The position numbers and the translations under genes are program-made. From NCBI GenBank assembly GCA_964016885.1, contig OZ024742.1, forward strand, positions 69,750,001 through 69,814,000: DNA of 64,000 bases, given 5' to 3'. Positions 31,237 to 42,584 of this stretch are shown here, piece after piece. Source of the stretch: Eledone cirrhosa (lineage: Eukaryota). The first letter of the stretch is position 1. Every line of letters begins with the position of its first letter. Below the pieces are notes generated by a model. That model searched no databases. It saw nothing but the letters and a program-made list of their open reading frames with translations, and had not been told where the DNA came from.

Positions 31237-34200
31237 CTACAGGCTGATATAGAGAGAAGGCCCATTCACTCGGGCCATTCTCGCCACTTTCACCCACCTT
31301 TCATAAAACTTGCTGCGGTACAGCACCTCTCTCTCCATCCTGATTCTTCTTCCAAAGTGGTATTTGAAAAAAAGAATCAGTTGTTGGCCGGAGAGAAAGG
31401 TGTCTGACCTCAGCCCTTTCAACCTTGTCCACCATACAACCTCTTTCGCCATAGCTATCACACAAAGGAAAACCGCCTCTCCTTCGTTTTTGAAGGAGGG
31501 TGGCGGTTTGATCATGACAATGGACTCGGTGGTCAACTGGATTGGTCCCACCCGCGACAATAGGCGTTCTACATATCCCCACAGGTCAGTGACGCCCGGG
31601 CAGTGTATGAATGCGTGCGCGACGGTTTCTTCGTCTCGCACGCACCTCGGACAGATCTTTTTTGCAGGGTCCCTGCCCGGGCGCCCATGTCTGTAGAGCT
31701 TGTCTCGAACTGGTAGAGCTCCTCGGTAGCACTGCCAGGCCAGGGACTTTTGGAAGTTGTCCATCGGTCCCGGGCGGAAGGTCCTACCGAACAGACTGGC
31801 CAGTTCATCTTCCTCCACGCCTAGAGTTTCACCGAGCGCGTCGTCGCACTTGCTGCGGACCAACCCTCTATAGAATGACGAAGTGGAGTCTCCACTGATC
31901 GCCGGGTCCGCCTGCCAGAGGGCTGTGAGCGCCTGAGCACATTCGATGTGCCAGTCGCCCATTTTCCTCGGTCTCTGCTTGACCCAGGACTGCAGCTCGG
32001 TCAGTGAGACGAGTCGTGGGAAGGCTCGCCTCACGAACGGGGCCCACACCGGTTGTCCGGTGAGGAACACGTAGAGATGCCGCAGCCTGAGCGCGTGTTT
32101 GCGCATCGTCAACCACGGCATCCCCAGCCCTCCGTTAGAAGGGTGTTGGCAGCAGATGGATCTTCTTACCAAAGGAGCCCGCCTCTTCCAAAGGAATCGG
32201 AAGAGGGCGCGCTCCATTTTGGCGAGCGTTTTGGCTGGACAAGGCACGACGGTCAAGCGGTAGTAGATGGCGGACGCTATAAAAGTGTTCGCCACCTCCG
32301 CTCGACCTTTCAAGGATAGTTTGCACTCGGCCCACTTCTGGGTGAGTGCAAACACCTTGGCCGTCACTTCGTTCCAGTTCTTCTCCACCTGGAGGTCCGG
32401 ACCAAACCAGACCCCGAGCAGCTTTACCGGTCCTTCCGTCCAGCGTCCGACGACGCCATCGGAAGGCATCGGTCTGCCTCTCCACGATCCGAGTTGCAAA
32501 CCGATGGACTTGTCCCGGTTCAGCTTCGCTCCTGTGAGACTTTCGTATTCCTTTAGTAAGGTGCCGACTTTCTCGATTTGCGAGGCGCTCGACACCATTA
32601 CTGTCACGTCGTCGGCGTAGGCCGACGCCGCTTTCCGCAGTCCCGGTTCCAGAGGGATGCCCTGCAATAGCTCCAGCTTCCGCAGTAGTGGCTCGAGAGT
32701 CAGTACGTACAGAAGGGAGGAGAGAGGGCATCCCTGTCGAATGGATCGCGTAATATGGAACGGCTCCGAGAGGTAACCGTTCACCTTGACCCTTGAGCAG
32801 ATGTTGCTGTTGTGCATTGCAGCAATCCAGCCCCTGAACACGGGTCCGAAGCCTGCCGCCTCGAGCACCGCATCCAGGTAACGATGGTCAACCCTATCGA
32901 AAGCCTTAGACTGATCCAAGTTGATCAGGGCCCCACCGAAGCCGGGTTTACACCCTACCCTCTCTATGATGTATCGCATGAGGTGGAAGTTGTCGTGTAT
33001 GGACCTGGTCGGGATCGCGCATGTCTGCGCTTCTCCCACCAGGTTCTCGACGACAAGCGCCAGCCTCTTTGCCAACACCTTGGCCAAAATCTGTAACTCT
33101 GTGTTTAGCAGCGTTATGGGCCGGAAGTTGCTTATGTCATCCCCCTTATTCTCGTCCTTCCTGATTAGTGTGACCACGCCCCCGGTTACAGAACTGGGAA
33201 TTCTCCCGTTCTGTTGCCAGTTGCAGTAGACCGCTTCCAGGAGACCGGAGAATAAGTCCGGCATTGCTACGTAAAATTCGTAGGGTAGACCGTCGAGACC
33301 TGGAGATTTGCGTTTGCCGCATTGGCTCAGCGCGTCCCCTATCTCAGTGGCTGAAATCGGCTTTTCGCAGAACTTCGCCTCGCTGTCCGAGAGTCGCGGT
33401 AGGCCGTCGAGGTATGGACCGAAATCCATAGCCTCTCCCGGCGCGCCGCTCCCCCCGAACAGCCGAGCAAAGTGCCGCTGAAAAGCCGCACACATCTGCT
33501 TCGGCTCACGTATCACGCGTCCGTTTTGGTCCTTCAAAGACCGAATCGTGGACTTGTTGCCACTTTTTGCCTCCGTCACTCGGGCCCAGCTAACAGCTTT
33601 GGCTCCCTCGTTTCCCAGAGCACGTATTTTGCTTCTGACAACGCAGCCCTCGTGCTTTGCGTCGAAGAACTGGTCCAAGGCCGTTCTCGTTGCTAGCACG
33701 CTGGCTACGTTGCCACTTCTAATAGCCTCTTCTACTTTATCTACCAGTTCCTTCTCGGTTCTATTTCTATCTAACGCTAATTCTTTACTAAAAACTATCG
33801 AGTCTAATCTAACTGCCCTCTTGAGAGAGTACCACCATCTGTTGTTGACAATGGCCCCTGTCAAGTGCTGTTTAACTAAAGTGCTAATCCGTCTACTGTA
33901 GGCTTTGCTTGTCGGTAACGACAAGTTCAGCTTCCAGTAGCCGGGTCCTTGTCTATGGGTTCTATCAAGGTTGGCCATGCAGGTCACTAGTTTGTGATCC
34001 GAATAGGCAACCATGAACATTTGTGGACAGCTTAACATGTCCCTATCCTTATTTCTAACTAGAACCCTATCTAGGTACGATCTAGATGTTCCGCTACGAT
34101 TACTCCACGTCCACAGTGGCGCAGTCGGAAAATCTAGTCGATATCTATCGGCCAGGTCAAATCGGTCGATTAACTGTTTGAGGCTGTTACACCCCCCTTT

Positions 34201-34674
34201 ATCGGGACATGCTCCCACATAGTCCCAACGTGCATCTAGGATTCCATTCCAGTCCCCCACTAAAAGCAAGGAGCGGGACGTTCCCAGAAAAGTCTCTAGA
34301 CGTTTGAAGAAGTCTGGCCGCGGTGTCCCGGATGGGGCATATGCGGCCACCAGCCTGAACGCTCCACCTTCACTACCGTCAACGTCTAGGACCACCAGTC
34401 GACCCTCCGGGTCCAGATGTACCGTCTGTGTTACGAGGCCCAGGTGTTTCCGCAACAAAACGGCAACTCCGCCCCCACCCCCCGGTTGACAGAGAGATGC
34501 GTAGATCTCAAAGTCATCGAAGATGGGGGCCAGCTGTCGCTCGCCGTGGATCCTGGACTCGCAAATGGCTACCACATCCAAACTGTGCGACCTGAGGTCG
34601 TTTAAGAGTTTGCCCTGTTTCCAGGGCATCCCCAGGCCGCGTACGTTCACACATCCAACTCTTATATTGGCCAT
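31237..34674 (-). CDS. Tx1 ORF2: APE endonuclease, reverse transcriptase, C-terminal zinc finger
   Basis: APE motifs NVRGL, ICES, GDWN, YLDR, SDH; RT motifs KSPGLDGLPYEFY, NFRPITLLN, LDQSKAFDRV, IRQGCPLS, YADD; CPRC...ETVAHAFIHC. Confidence 0.96.
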   Translation of the reverse strand: MANIRVGCVNVRGLGMPWKQGKLLNDLRSHSLDVVAICESRIHGERQLAPIFDDFEIYASLCQPGGGGGVAVLLRKHLGLVTQTVHLDPEGRLVVLDVDGSEGGAFRLVAAYAPSGTPRPDFFKRLETFLGTSRSLLLVGDWNGILDARWDYVGACPDKGGCNSLKQLIDRFDLADRYRLDFPTAPLWTWSNRSGTSRSYLDRVLVRNKDRDMLSCPQMFMVAYSDHKLVTCMANLDRTHRQGPGYWKLNLSLPTSKAYSRRISTLVKQHLTGAIVNNRWWYSLKRAVRLDSIVFSKELALDRNRTEKELVDKVEEAIRSGNVASVLATRTALDQFFDAKHEGCVVRSKIRALGNEGAKAVSWARVTEAKSGNKSTIRSLKDQNGRVIREPKQMCAAFQRHFARLFGGSGAPGEAMDFGPYLDGLPRLSDSEAKFCEKPISATEIGDALSQCGKRKSPGLDGLPYEFYVAMPDLFSGLLEAVYCNWQQNGRIPSSVTGGVVTLIRKDENKGDDISNFRPITLLNTELQILAKVLAKRLALVVENLVGEAQTCAIPTRSIHDNFHLMRYIIERVGCKPGFGGALINLDQSKAFDRVDHRYLDAVLEAAGFGPVFRGWIAAMHNSNICSRVKVNGYLSEPFHITRSIRQGCPLSSLLYVLTLEPLLRKLELLQGIPLEPGLRKAASAYADDVTVMVSSASQIEKVGTLLKEYESLTGAKLNRDKSIGLQLGSWRGRPMPSDGVVGRWTEGPVKLLGVWFGPDLQVEKNWNEVTAKVFALTQKWAECKLSLKGRAEVANTFIASAIYYRLTVVPCPAKTLAKMERALFRFLWKRRAPLVRRSICCQHPSNGGLGMPWLTMRKHALRLRHLYVFLTGQPVWAPFVRRAFPRLVSLTELQSWVKQRPRKMGDWHIECAQALTALWQADPAISGDSTSSFYRGLVRSKCDDALGETLGVEEDELASLFGRTFRPGPMDNFQKSLAWQCYRGALPVRDKLYRHGRPGRDPAKKICPRCVRDEETVAHAFIHCPGVTDLWGYVERLLSRVGPIQLTTESIVMIKPPPSFKNEGEAVFLCVIAMAKEVVWWTRLKGLRSDTFLSGQQLILFFKYHFGRRIRMEREVLYRSKFYERWVKVARMARVNGPSLYISL

Positions 34675-34707
34675 GTTGGTGCTGAAAAGTTAAAAGAGGA
34701 AAAGAGA

Positions 34708-36624
34708 TCACTCACCCTTCGCCTCCTGGGGACCAGGCCGCACGATTTCCATGGGGGTGTTGGAGGGGTTGTCTGGATGGGTGGTGGTTTCCGGCGGGGT
34801 GGGGACGCAGATGTTTGGTGGGGTGGGGTCTGGTGGGATGGGGGTGTCTGGGGTGGCGAGGCATTTGAGAAGGACGCGGTTGAGTGGTTTCACGCAGGAA
34901 TTCCCCACATCCTTCTCAAATGTTTCTTTTAGGGACCTATAAGTTTGTATAGGGACCCTAATCAGTTTTAGGTTCATTTTTTTGCTATTTTTTATAGAGT
35001 GGGCGAAAGTTTTCCCTTCGGTGAAAACCGAAGGGTCGTTCGTAATGGTCTCCATTAGTGTTTTGTTTTCAGTGTTTATGTAAGTGTAAGTGTAATTTTC
35101 TTGTGTTGTGTTTGTTTTTGTCTGTAGTTCTTGTGTGTGCTTTCGTTTTGTTGTAGGTATTTTGTTTTCAGGAGGTGGGGGTTTTGTTTGTGATATTTTT
35201 GTTGTTTGTGTTGGTGGTTGTATGTTTGTGGTAGTGTTTGCTGGTTTTTTGCTTTTGTGATGTCTTTTCTTTCTTTTCGAGCGATGGGGTTCTCCCTCGT
35301 CTTCACTGGGTGATGGCGAGATAGCCTCATCTGTTGTATCGTCTGTGTGATTGGGGAGGGGTATGTCTTGGGGAGCTGTTGTGTCTGTATGTGATTTTGC
35401 AGTGGTTTTAGGTGGAGTGAGGTTGGGTGGGACTGTGTTTGTTGTGGTTATTTTTGTGTGTTGGTGTTGTTGTTGTAGTGGTGGTGTTGGTGGTTGTGTT
35501 GTTTTGATGGGTGTTGGCAGAAGAGCCTTTTTTTGGTTCATTAGTTTAGGACAGGAAGCCCTCAGGTGACCCCTGCTAAAGCAATGGTAACATGAAGGCC
35601 GCCTACCCTCAACCGAAAGGTTTATGTAGGTAAGTCCGTCCAGGAGTACACGCTGTGGGATCATAGCTATTCGCTCTGGGCTCATTTGCACCAGAACTTC
35701 AATGCTAGTCCCATTGAATACATCTCTGGGGGACTTGCCTACTGACAGTATTCTGTCTTCATCAAAATTGATGAAGCCGCACAGTATCCACCATATGTTC
35801 ACCTTTGGTGTGACACTTGTGATTCTGATCTTTTGTGTCCTTTTTCCCATGTATGTAGGGAAAAAGGTGTACAGGTTGGATACAATTGGCGACACAGAGT
35901 AATTTTGGGCCGTCAATTGATCCTTCATCAGTACCGAAATACTCCCAAAAAGTTTGCTTCTTTGAATGAATGCAATATCATTCATTGAATCTTTGAAAAC
36001 CAGTTCAATATCTTTCTGTGACAATTGGACTGGTTTTCGGGTAGAATTGGAAACTGTCCTAAAAACTATCGTTTTGAGAGCAGTTTCCTTGCGAATTTCT
36101 ACCGGAGAATTGATGCTGAAAGCACCATTTTTTTCGAAGGTGACATATCTCTTAGCGTCCTTTAAAAGGTGTTCAGCATTTGTTATGTCGAGATATATCA
36201 ATTGTTCTTTCTTTTGAACTTTCTCCGCAAAGGAGATTTTTGGTTTCTTTGTGGAATCCGTATTGGTGGTGTTGTCATTATTGTTGCTATTCTTGTTTTT
36301 ATTCTTGTTGTCACCGATGTTGGTATCATCCGTATTTTCCTTGGTGTTGTTGTTGTCTTTGATGCTGGTGTTATTGGCGTTGTCTTTATTTTTTTCTTTC
36401 TTGTTGTTATCATTGTTGCTTTTATCATCATTATTGGTTTTGCTGTTATTTTTGTTGTCATTGAGCTGTTTGGTGTCATTTGTGTTGTTTGGATGTGAAT
36501 TCGTTTTTTTATTTTCATTTTGTCTTTCCATCTCTATAGTATCTAGTGAAGAAGACGTTGTTGACTGCGAGCTTTGTAGTCTTACCGCCTCTCCACCACC
36601 ATTATCGTTGGACGCAGCGTTCAT
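34708..36624 (-). CDS. Tx1 ORF1, nucleic-acid-binding protein with CCHC knuckle
   Basis: 638 aa; Asn-rich N-terminus, EGRRPSCYHCFSRGHLRASC, Pro/Thr-rich linker, conserved C-terminal block. Confidence 0.9.
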   Translation of the reverse strand: MNAASNDNGGGEAVRLQSSQSTTSSSLDTIEMERQNENKKTNSHPNNTNDTKQLNDNKNNSKTNNDDKSNNDNNKKEKNKDNANNTSIKDNNNTKENTDDTNIGDNKNKNKNSNNNDNTTNTDSTKKPKISFAEKVQKKEQLIYLDITNAEHLLKDAKRYVTFEKNGAFSINSPVEIRKETALKTIVFRTVSNSTRKPVQLSQKDIELVFKDSMNDIAFIQRSKLFGSISVLMKDQLTAQNYSVSPIVSNLYTFFPTYMGKRTQKIRITSVTPKVNIWWILCGFINFDEDRILSVGKSPRDVFNGTSIEVLVQMSPERIAMIPQRVLLDGLTYINLSVEGRRPSCYHCFSRGHLRASCPKLMNQKKALLPTPIKTTQPPTPPLQQQHQHTKITTTNTVPPNLTPPKTTAKSHTDTTAPQDIPLPNHTDDTTDEAISPSPSEDEGEPHRSKRKKRHHKSKKPANTTTNIQPPTQTTKISQTKPPPPENKIPTTKRKHTQELQTKTNTTQENYTYTYINTENKTLMETITNDPSVFTEGKTFAHSIKNSKKMNLKLIRVPIQTYRSLKETFEKDVGNSCVKPLNRVLLKCLATPDTPIPPDPTPPNICVPTPPETTTHPDNPSNTPMEIVRPGPQEAKGE

Positions 36625-36849
36625 AACGTAATCAAAATTTTACAATATTTTTTTCCAAGATTCGATGGAGAAAAATTTTTTAAATGGATATTCCGCCCCT
36701 GTAGGGGCGAAAATGAGTTGACCCACCACCTGAAGGTCCAGACGGGTGGTCAAGTTACACAATGATATAAAATTGAACTAAAAACTCACGTTTTTTCCTT
36801 ACATAAATTAACGGAAACTTCTCCGCGAAGTGACACACGTCTGATAGAG

Positions 36850-36885
<36 letters not shown>

Positions 36886-36887
<2 letters not shown>

Positions 36888-39800
36888 ATTTCTATTTATT
36901 TGCCACGAGGGCACAAAAGAAGGGGACAAATACACAGTGGGGGAGTTTACATAAATCGAGTAAAGAAAAAAGGAATAACAATAATAATATAATAATAAAA
37001 AGTCCTCAAAAGGGAGGGGGCGTGTTGGTGATTGCACATACCCCCGAAAAGTGTGCAACCCTTTTCGCGGGGGAAGCCCAGAGAGGAGGCGCTCCCCCTT
37101 TCCTCTTCACTTCTTCACCTACAGAACAATGTAGAGAGAAGGCCCATTTACACGAGCCATTCTCGCTTCTTTCACCCACCTTTCATAAAACTGTCTGGGG
37201 CCAAGCACTTCTCTCTTCATCCTGATCCTTCTTCCGAAGTGGTATCGGAAGAAGTAAACCAGGTGATGGCCGGAGAGAAAGTCACCCGACCTCAGACCTT
37301 TCAGGCGCGTCCACCACACAACCTCTTTCATCATGGCTATTACGCACAGAAAGACCGCCTCTGCTTCATTTCTGAAGGGAGGAGGCGGCTTGATGTTCAC
37401 CACAGACTCGGCGGTTAATCGAATCGGCGCCACACGCGACAGCAGTCGTTCGACGTAGCCCCACAGATCGGCAACGCCAGGGCAGTGTACCAGTGCATGC
37501 GCAACGGTTTCCTCGTCGCGCACGCATCTGGGACAGATCTTTTTCGCTGGATCCCTGCCCGGGCGCCCGTGTCTGTAGGCTAGGGACCTCTGGAAGTTGT
37601 CCATGGGTCCCGGGCCGAAAGTTCTACCGAACAGGCTGGCCAGTTCGTCCTCCTCCATGCCTAGCGACTCTCCAAGGGTGTCGTCGCCCCTGCTAGCCAC
37701 CAGCCCTCTATAGAATGTCGAGGTGGATTCTCCACTGACAGTCGGGTCCGCTTGCCAGATAGCCGTGAGCGCCTGGGCACACTCAGTGTGCCAGTTGCCC
37801 AGTTTTCTCGGTCTTTGCTTCACCCAGGATTGCAGCTCGGTGAGCGAGACGAGCTGTGGGAAGGCTCGCCTCACAAACGGGGCCCACACCGGCTGGCCGG
37901 TGAGGAATACCTGTAGATGCCGTAGCCTCAATGCGTGCCTAAGCATCAACAGCCACGGCATACCCAGCCCTCCTTTCGAAGGGTGCTGGCAGCAGATGGA
38001 TCTCCTCACCATGGGAGGCCGCTTCTTCCAGAGGAACTGGAAGAGCATGCGTTCCATGATGGTGAGCTTTTCCTTGGGGCAAGGCACGACGGTCAGGCGG
38101 TAGTAGATGACGGACGCTATGTAAGCGTTCGTCACCTCCGCCCGACCTTTCAGTGATAGTTTGCACTTGGCCCACTTCTGGGTCAGCGCAAACACCCTGC
38201 TCGTCACCTCGCCCCCATTCTTCTCCACCTGGAGGTCCGGTCCGAACCAGACCCCGAGCAGCTTCACCGGGCCCTCCGTCCACCGCCCGACGACACCGTC
38301 TAACGGCATCGGTTTGCCCCTCCACGTTCCGAGTTGCAAACCGACTGACTTGTCCCGGTTCAGCCTAGCCCCCGTCAGCCTTTCGTATTCCTCCAGTAGG
38401 GTGGCGATCGCCCCGATTTCCGAGGCGTCCGCCACCATTACTGTTACGTCGTCGGCATAGGCCGAGACCGCTTTGTGCAATCCCGGTTCCAGGGGTATGC
38501 CCCGCAGCAACTCCAACTTCCGCAGCAGTGGCTCGAGAGTCAATACGTACAGAAGGGAGGAGAGGGGGCACCCCTGTCTGATGGACCGGGTGATTTGAAA
38601 CGGCTCCGAGAGGTAGCCGTTTACTTTAATCCTAGAGTAGATGTTGCCACTGTGCATGGCAGAAATCCAGCCCCTGAAAACGGGCCCGAAGCCCACCGCC
38701 GCTAGCACCGCATCCAGGTAACCATGGTCGACCCTATCGAACGCCTTAGATTGATCCAAGTTGATCAGGGCCCCACCAAAGCCGGGTTCGTTGCCAACCC
38801 TCTCTATGATGTATCGCATGAGGTGGAGGTTGTCGTGAATGGACCTGGACGGGATAGCGCATGTCTGCGCGTCTCCCGCCAAACCACCCACCACAAGCAC
38901 CAACCTCTTCGCCAACACCTTGGCCAAAATCTGTAACTCTGCATTCAGCAGCGTTATGGGCCTAAAGTTACTTAAGTCGTCCCCCTTGCTCTCGTCCTTC
39001 CTCACTAGCGTGACCACGCCCTTGGTCACAGAACAGGGAATTCTCCCGTTCTGTTGCCAGTTGCAATAGACAGCCTCGAAGAGTTCGGAGAACAAGACCG
39101 GCATAGCTAAATAAAGTTCGTATGGTAGACCATCGAGACCCGGAGATTTGCGTCTGCTGCATTGGCTGAGCGCTTCCCCGATTTCAGTGGCTGTGATTGG
39201 CCTTTCGCAGCACTCCGCTTCGCCGCTCGAAAGACGCGGTAGACCGTCGAGGTATGGACCGAAGTCCACATCCCCGTCCGGCCCCCCGCCCCCTCCGAAC
39301 AGTCGAGCAAAGTGCCTTTGAAAGGCCTCGCACATCCGCTCAGGTTCAAGGATCACCCGTCCATCCTGGTCTCGCAAAGACCGAATGGTGGATTTAATCC
39401 CACTCTTGGCTTCTGTCACGCGGGCCCAGCTAACAGCTTTGGTCCCCTCGTTTCCTAAAGCACGTATTTTACTTCGGACAACGCAGCCTTCGTGCTTCGC
39501 GTCAAAGAACTGGCTCAACGCCGTTCTCGCCGCTAACACTCTGGCTACGTCTCCGCTCCTAATCGCCTCTTCTAGTTTATCTGTTAACTCCCTTTCCTTC
39601 CTATTTCTATTCGCCGCTAGTTCCTTACTGTAACCTATCGAACTTACTCTAATCTCTCTCTTTAGAGATACCCACCACCTGCTGTTGACGATCGCTCCCG
39701 TCAACCGCATCTTAACTAAGCTACTAATCCGGTTCCTGTAATCTTTCTTTGCCGGCAAGGACAAGTTCATCTTCCAGTAACCGGGACCCTGTCTATGCGT

Positions 39801-42560
39801 TCTATCAAGGTTGACCACGCAGGTCACTAATTTGTGATCTGAATAGCCAACCATGAGCAATTCTGGACAACTAAATACGTCCCTATCCTTACTCCTAACC
39901 AAAAACCTATCTAGGTACGATCTAGATTGTCCACTGCGGTTTGCTCAGGTCCAGGTTGGCGCAGTTGGACAATCTAGTCAAAATCTATCGACCAGGTCGA
40001 ATCGATCGAGTAACCCCTTGAGGCTGCTACACCCCCATCTATCGGGACATGCCCCTGCATAGTCCCAACGCGCATCTAGGATTCCATTCCAGTCCCCCAC
40101 TAAAAGCAGGGAACGCGATGTTCCTAGAAAAGTCTCCAGACGCTGGAAGAAGTCGGCTCTTTCCGCCCCGAAGGGGGCATAAAGACCGACCAGTCTGAAA
40201 GCCCCGCCTTCACCGCCTCCGACGTCCAGCACCAGTAACCGACCCCCCCCCCCCCCGGGTCCGAGTGAACAATCTGTACGTCGAGAGCCAGACGTTTATC
40301 CAGCAGTACGGCAACTCCCCCCCCCCGCCTCCGGGTTGACAGAGAGATGCGTGCATCTCAAAGTCATCGAAGGCTGGCGCCAGCTGTCGCACGCTGCTGA
40401 TCCGACTCTCGCAAACAACCATCACATCTATACTTTGTGACCTGAGGTCACTTAGAAGCTTTGCTTGCTTCCAAGCTGAGCCCAGGCCACGCGCGTTCAA
40501 ACAGCCAACTCTCAATTGATCTATTTTGGTGTTGAAAGTGAAGAAAGAAAAGCACCTACCTCTCCGGGTTGTGTAATTTCCATGGCATCATGTGTGTTGG
40601 GTGGAGGGATGTTTTGTGGTGGTGTGGGGGTACCCGAGTGTGGTGGGGTTGGGGTATTTGGAGTTGTATCAGGGAGAGGGGAGGTTATGGGGAAATCTTT
40701 CAAGAGGACGCGATTTAACGGTTTTAAACAGGGGGGGGGGGGCTCACGTCCTGTCTAAATTGTTCTTTTAAGGAACGATAAAGGTCCAGAGGGACCTTTA
40801 TCATTTTTAAATGGGTGAAGTTCTCTGTTGAGGTAAAGTTTGGCCCTTCGGTCTGCACCATAGGGCTATTATTTATTAATTTAAACAGTTTTTTGTTTTC
40901 TTTATTTATATATGTGTATTGCAACGTCTTTTTTGTGATGCTGTCAATGTTTCGGAGAGGGGAGGCGCAGATTTATTTTTGTTTGTTGAGGGTGGGGTGT
41001 TTTTGATTGGAGTTGGTGTTTGTGTGTGAGTTATTTGTGGTGTGCTGGGTGTGTGTTTTCTTTTTTTTCTTTTAACTTGTTTGAAGGCTTCTCCTCCTTC
41101 TTCAGAAGTTGGGGAAACTCTTCAGCGCTAGGTGGGAGCGACGTGATGTCTGGTTGTTTTTTTTTTTTGCGGGAGGGGTAGATTTGTTGCTGTTTTTTTA
41201 ATTATTTGTTTGGAATGCGTTTTGTGATGGTGGTGGTGGTGGTGATGTTTGTGTCGTGCTTGTGGTTGGTGATGGTGGTGGTGATGTTTGTGTTTTAGTT
41301 GGTGATGGTGGTGGTGATTTTTGTGTCGTGCTTGTGTTTGGTGCTGGTGGTGGTGATGTTTGTGTTGTGCTTGTGGTTGGTGGTGTCTGTATTTTGTTTG
41401 CTGTGTGTGGTATTAGTGTATTTTTGGAGGTGGGTGGTGTTGGTGTACTGTTTGTGGTGGGTGTGGGCAATAGTCCTTTTTGGGGGATACGTTTCTGGCA
41501 GTTAGCCTTAACGTGTCCCCTTTCCGTGCATAAATAGCATGTTGGTCTTCTCCCCTCTACAATTATATCTATTGGGGTGAGGTCATCCAGCCAGATGCGA
41601 TCCGGGATTTGTGCTATTCTTTCGGGCCTCATTTGGACTAGTAGGTCGAGGCCCATTCCCAGGAACGCATCTCCGGATGCCTTCCCCATTGACAGCACTG
41701 TGCCCTCGCCCATGTCTATGAAGCCAGCAATAGCCCACCAGAAGTCCATTGTGGGCAGCATTGTTTGTACTTTGACTCTCTGTGTTCTTCTACCCATGTA
41801 GGAGGGATAGAAGCTGTATGTTGTCGATGAGATTGGGCTTAGGGAAAGCTTCTGCGCCGTTTCCTTGTCTTTTGTTAAGACCGAAATGCTGCCCTAGAGT
41901 CGGTCCTTTCGTATGAAGAGAATATTCTTCATATAGTCTTTTAGGACCAACTCTATCTCCATTTGGCTGGGCTGTGCTGGCTTTCTCGTTTGGTTTAATA
42001 TTGTTCTGAAGAGAACTGTGCTCTCTGTTCTCGCTTTCTTGAATTCTGGGGGGGAGTTAATGGAAAACATTCCGTTCTCCCCCAAGACTATGTGTTTCTT
42101 TGCTTCGCCCAGTTTTTCTCTGGCGGCAGTTGGTGTATATGTTATGGACTGTTTTGTTTTCTGGGCGAAAGTTGCCTTGTTGTTATTTGTATTATTATTT
42201 TCTGTTTGTTTGTTTTCCGTTTGCTCATTTTCCGTAACCTTTGTTTTTTCATTTTCCTTGTTTGTTTCGTTGTCTAATTTTGTTGTATTTATTTTTTGTT
42301 CTTCAGACTTGGGGGGCGTGGCAGAGCTAATGGCAGACATGTCTGCCATCTTTTCCGCCATGCTGCCAAGAAAGAAATTTTACAGCAAAATAGATATTTA
42401 TTTTACCCCCTAAAAAGGGGGTAAATGTAAAAATGTTTCCCTAAATAACAGGTTAGTGTTCCAAATGTGTTGCACTGAAAAATGTATCTGGTACTTACTA
42501 TAGTAAGGGTAAATTCCGATGGAATAGCGGAGCCGATGTGAAGCGTGTCTTACTCTATCA
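36886..42560 (-). mobile_element. Tx1 family C, apparently full length, mildly decayed
   Basis: ORF2 927-aa piece 39902-37119 plus APE pieces to about 40520; ORF1 pieces 42361-40521 with CYLCTERGHVKANC; GATA flanks. Confidence 0.9.
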
Positions 42561-42584
42561 AGATAGATAGATAGATAGATAGAT

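Larger units (their letters stand above)
30999..36843 (-). mobile_element. Tx1 family A, full length, both ORFs intact (potentially active)
   Basis: 638-aa ORF1 and 1145-aa ORF2 uninterrupted; (GATA)n on both flanks. Confidence 0.95.

Noticed and set aside
40245-40745. Programmed frameshifting in Tx1 family C
   Set aside because: Frame breaks fall in long C or G homopolymers and family A has a continuous frame; slippage mutation or sequencing error is more likely.
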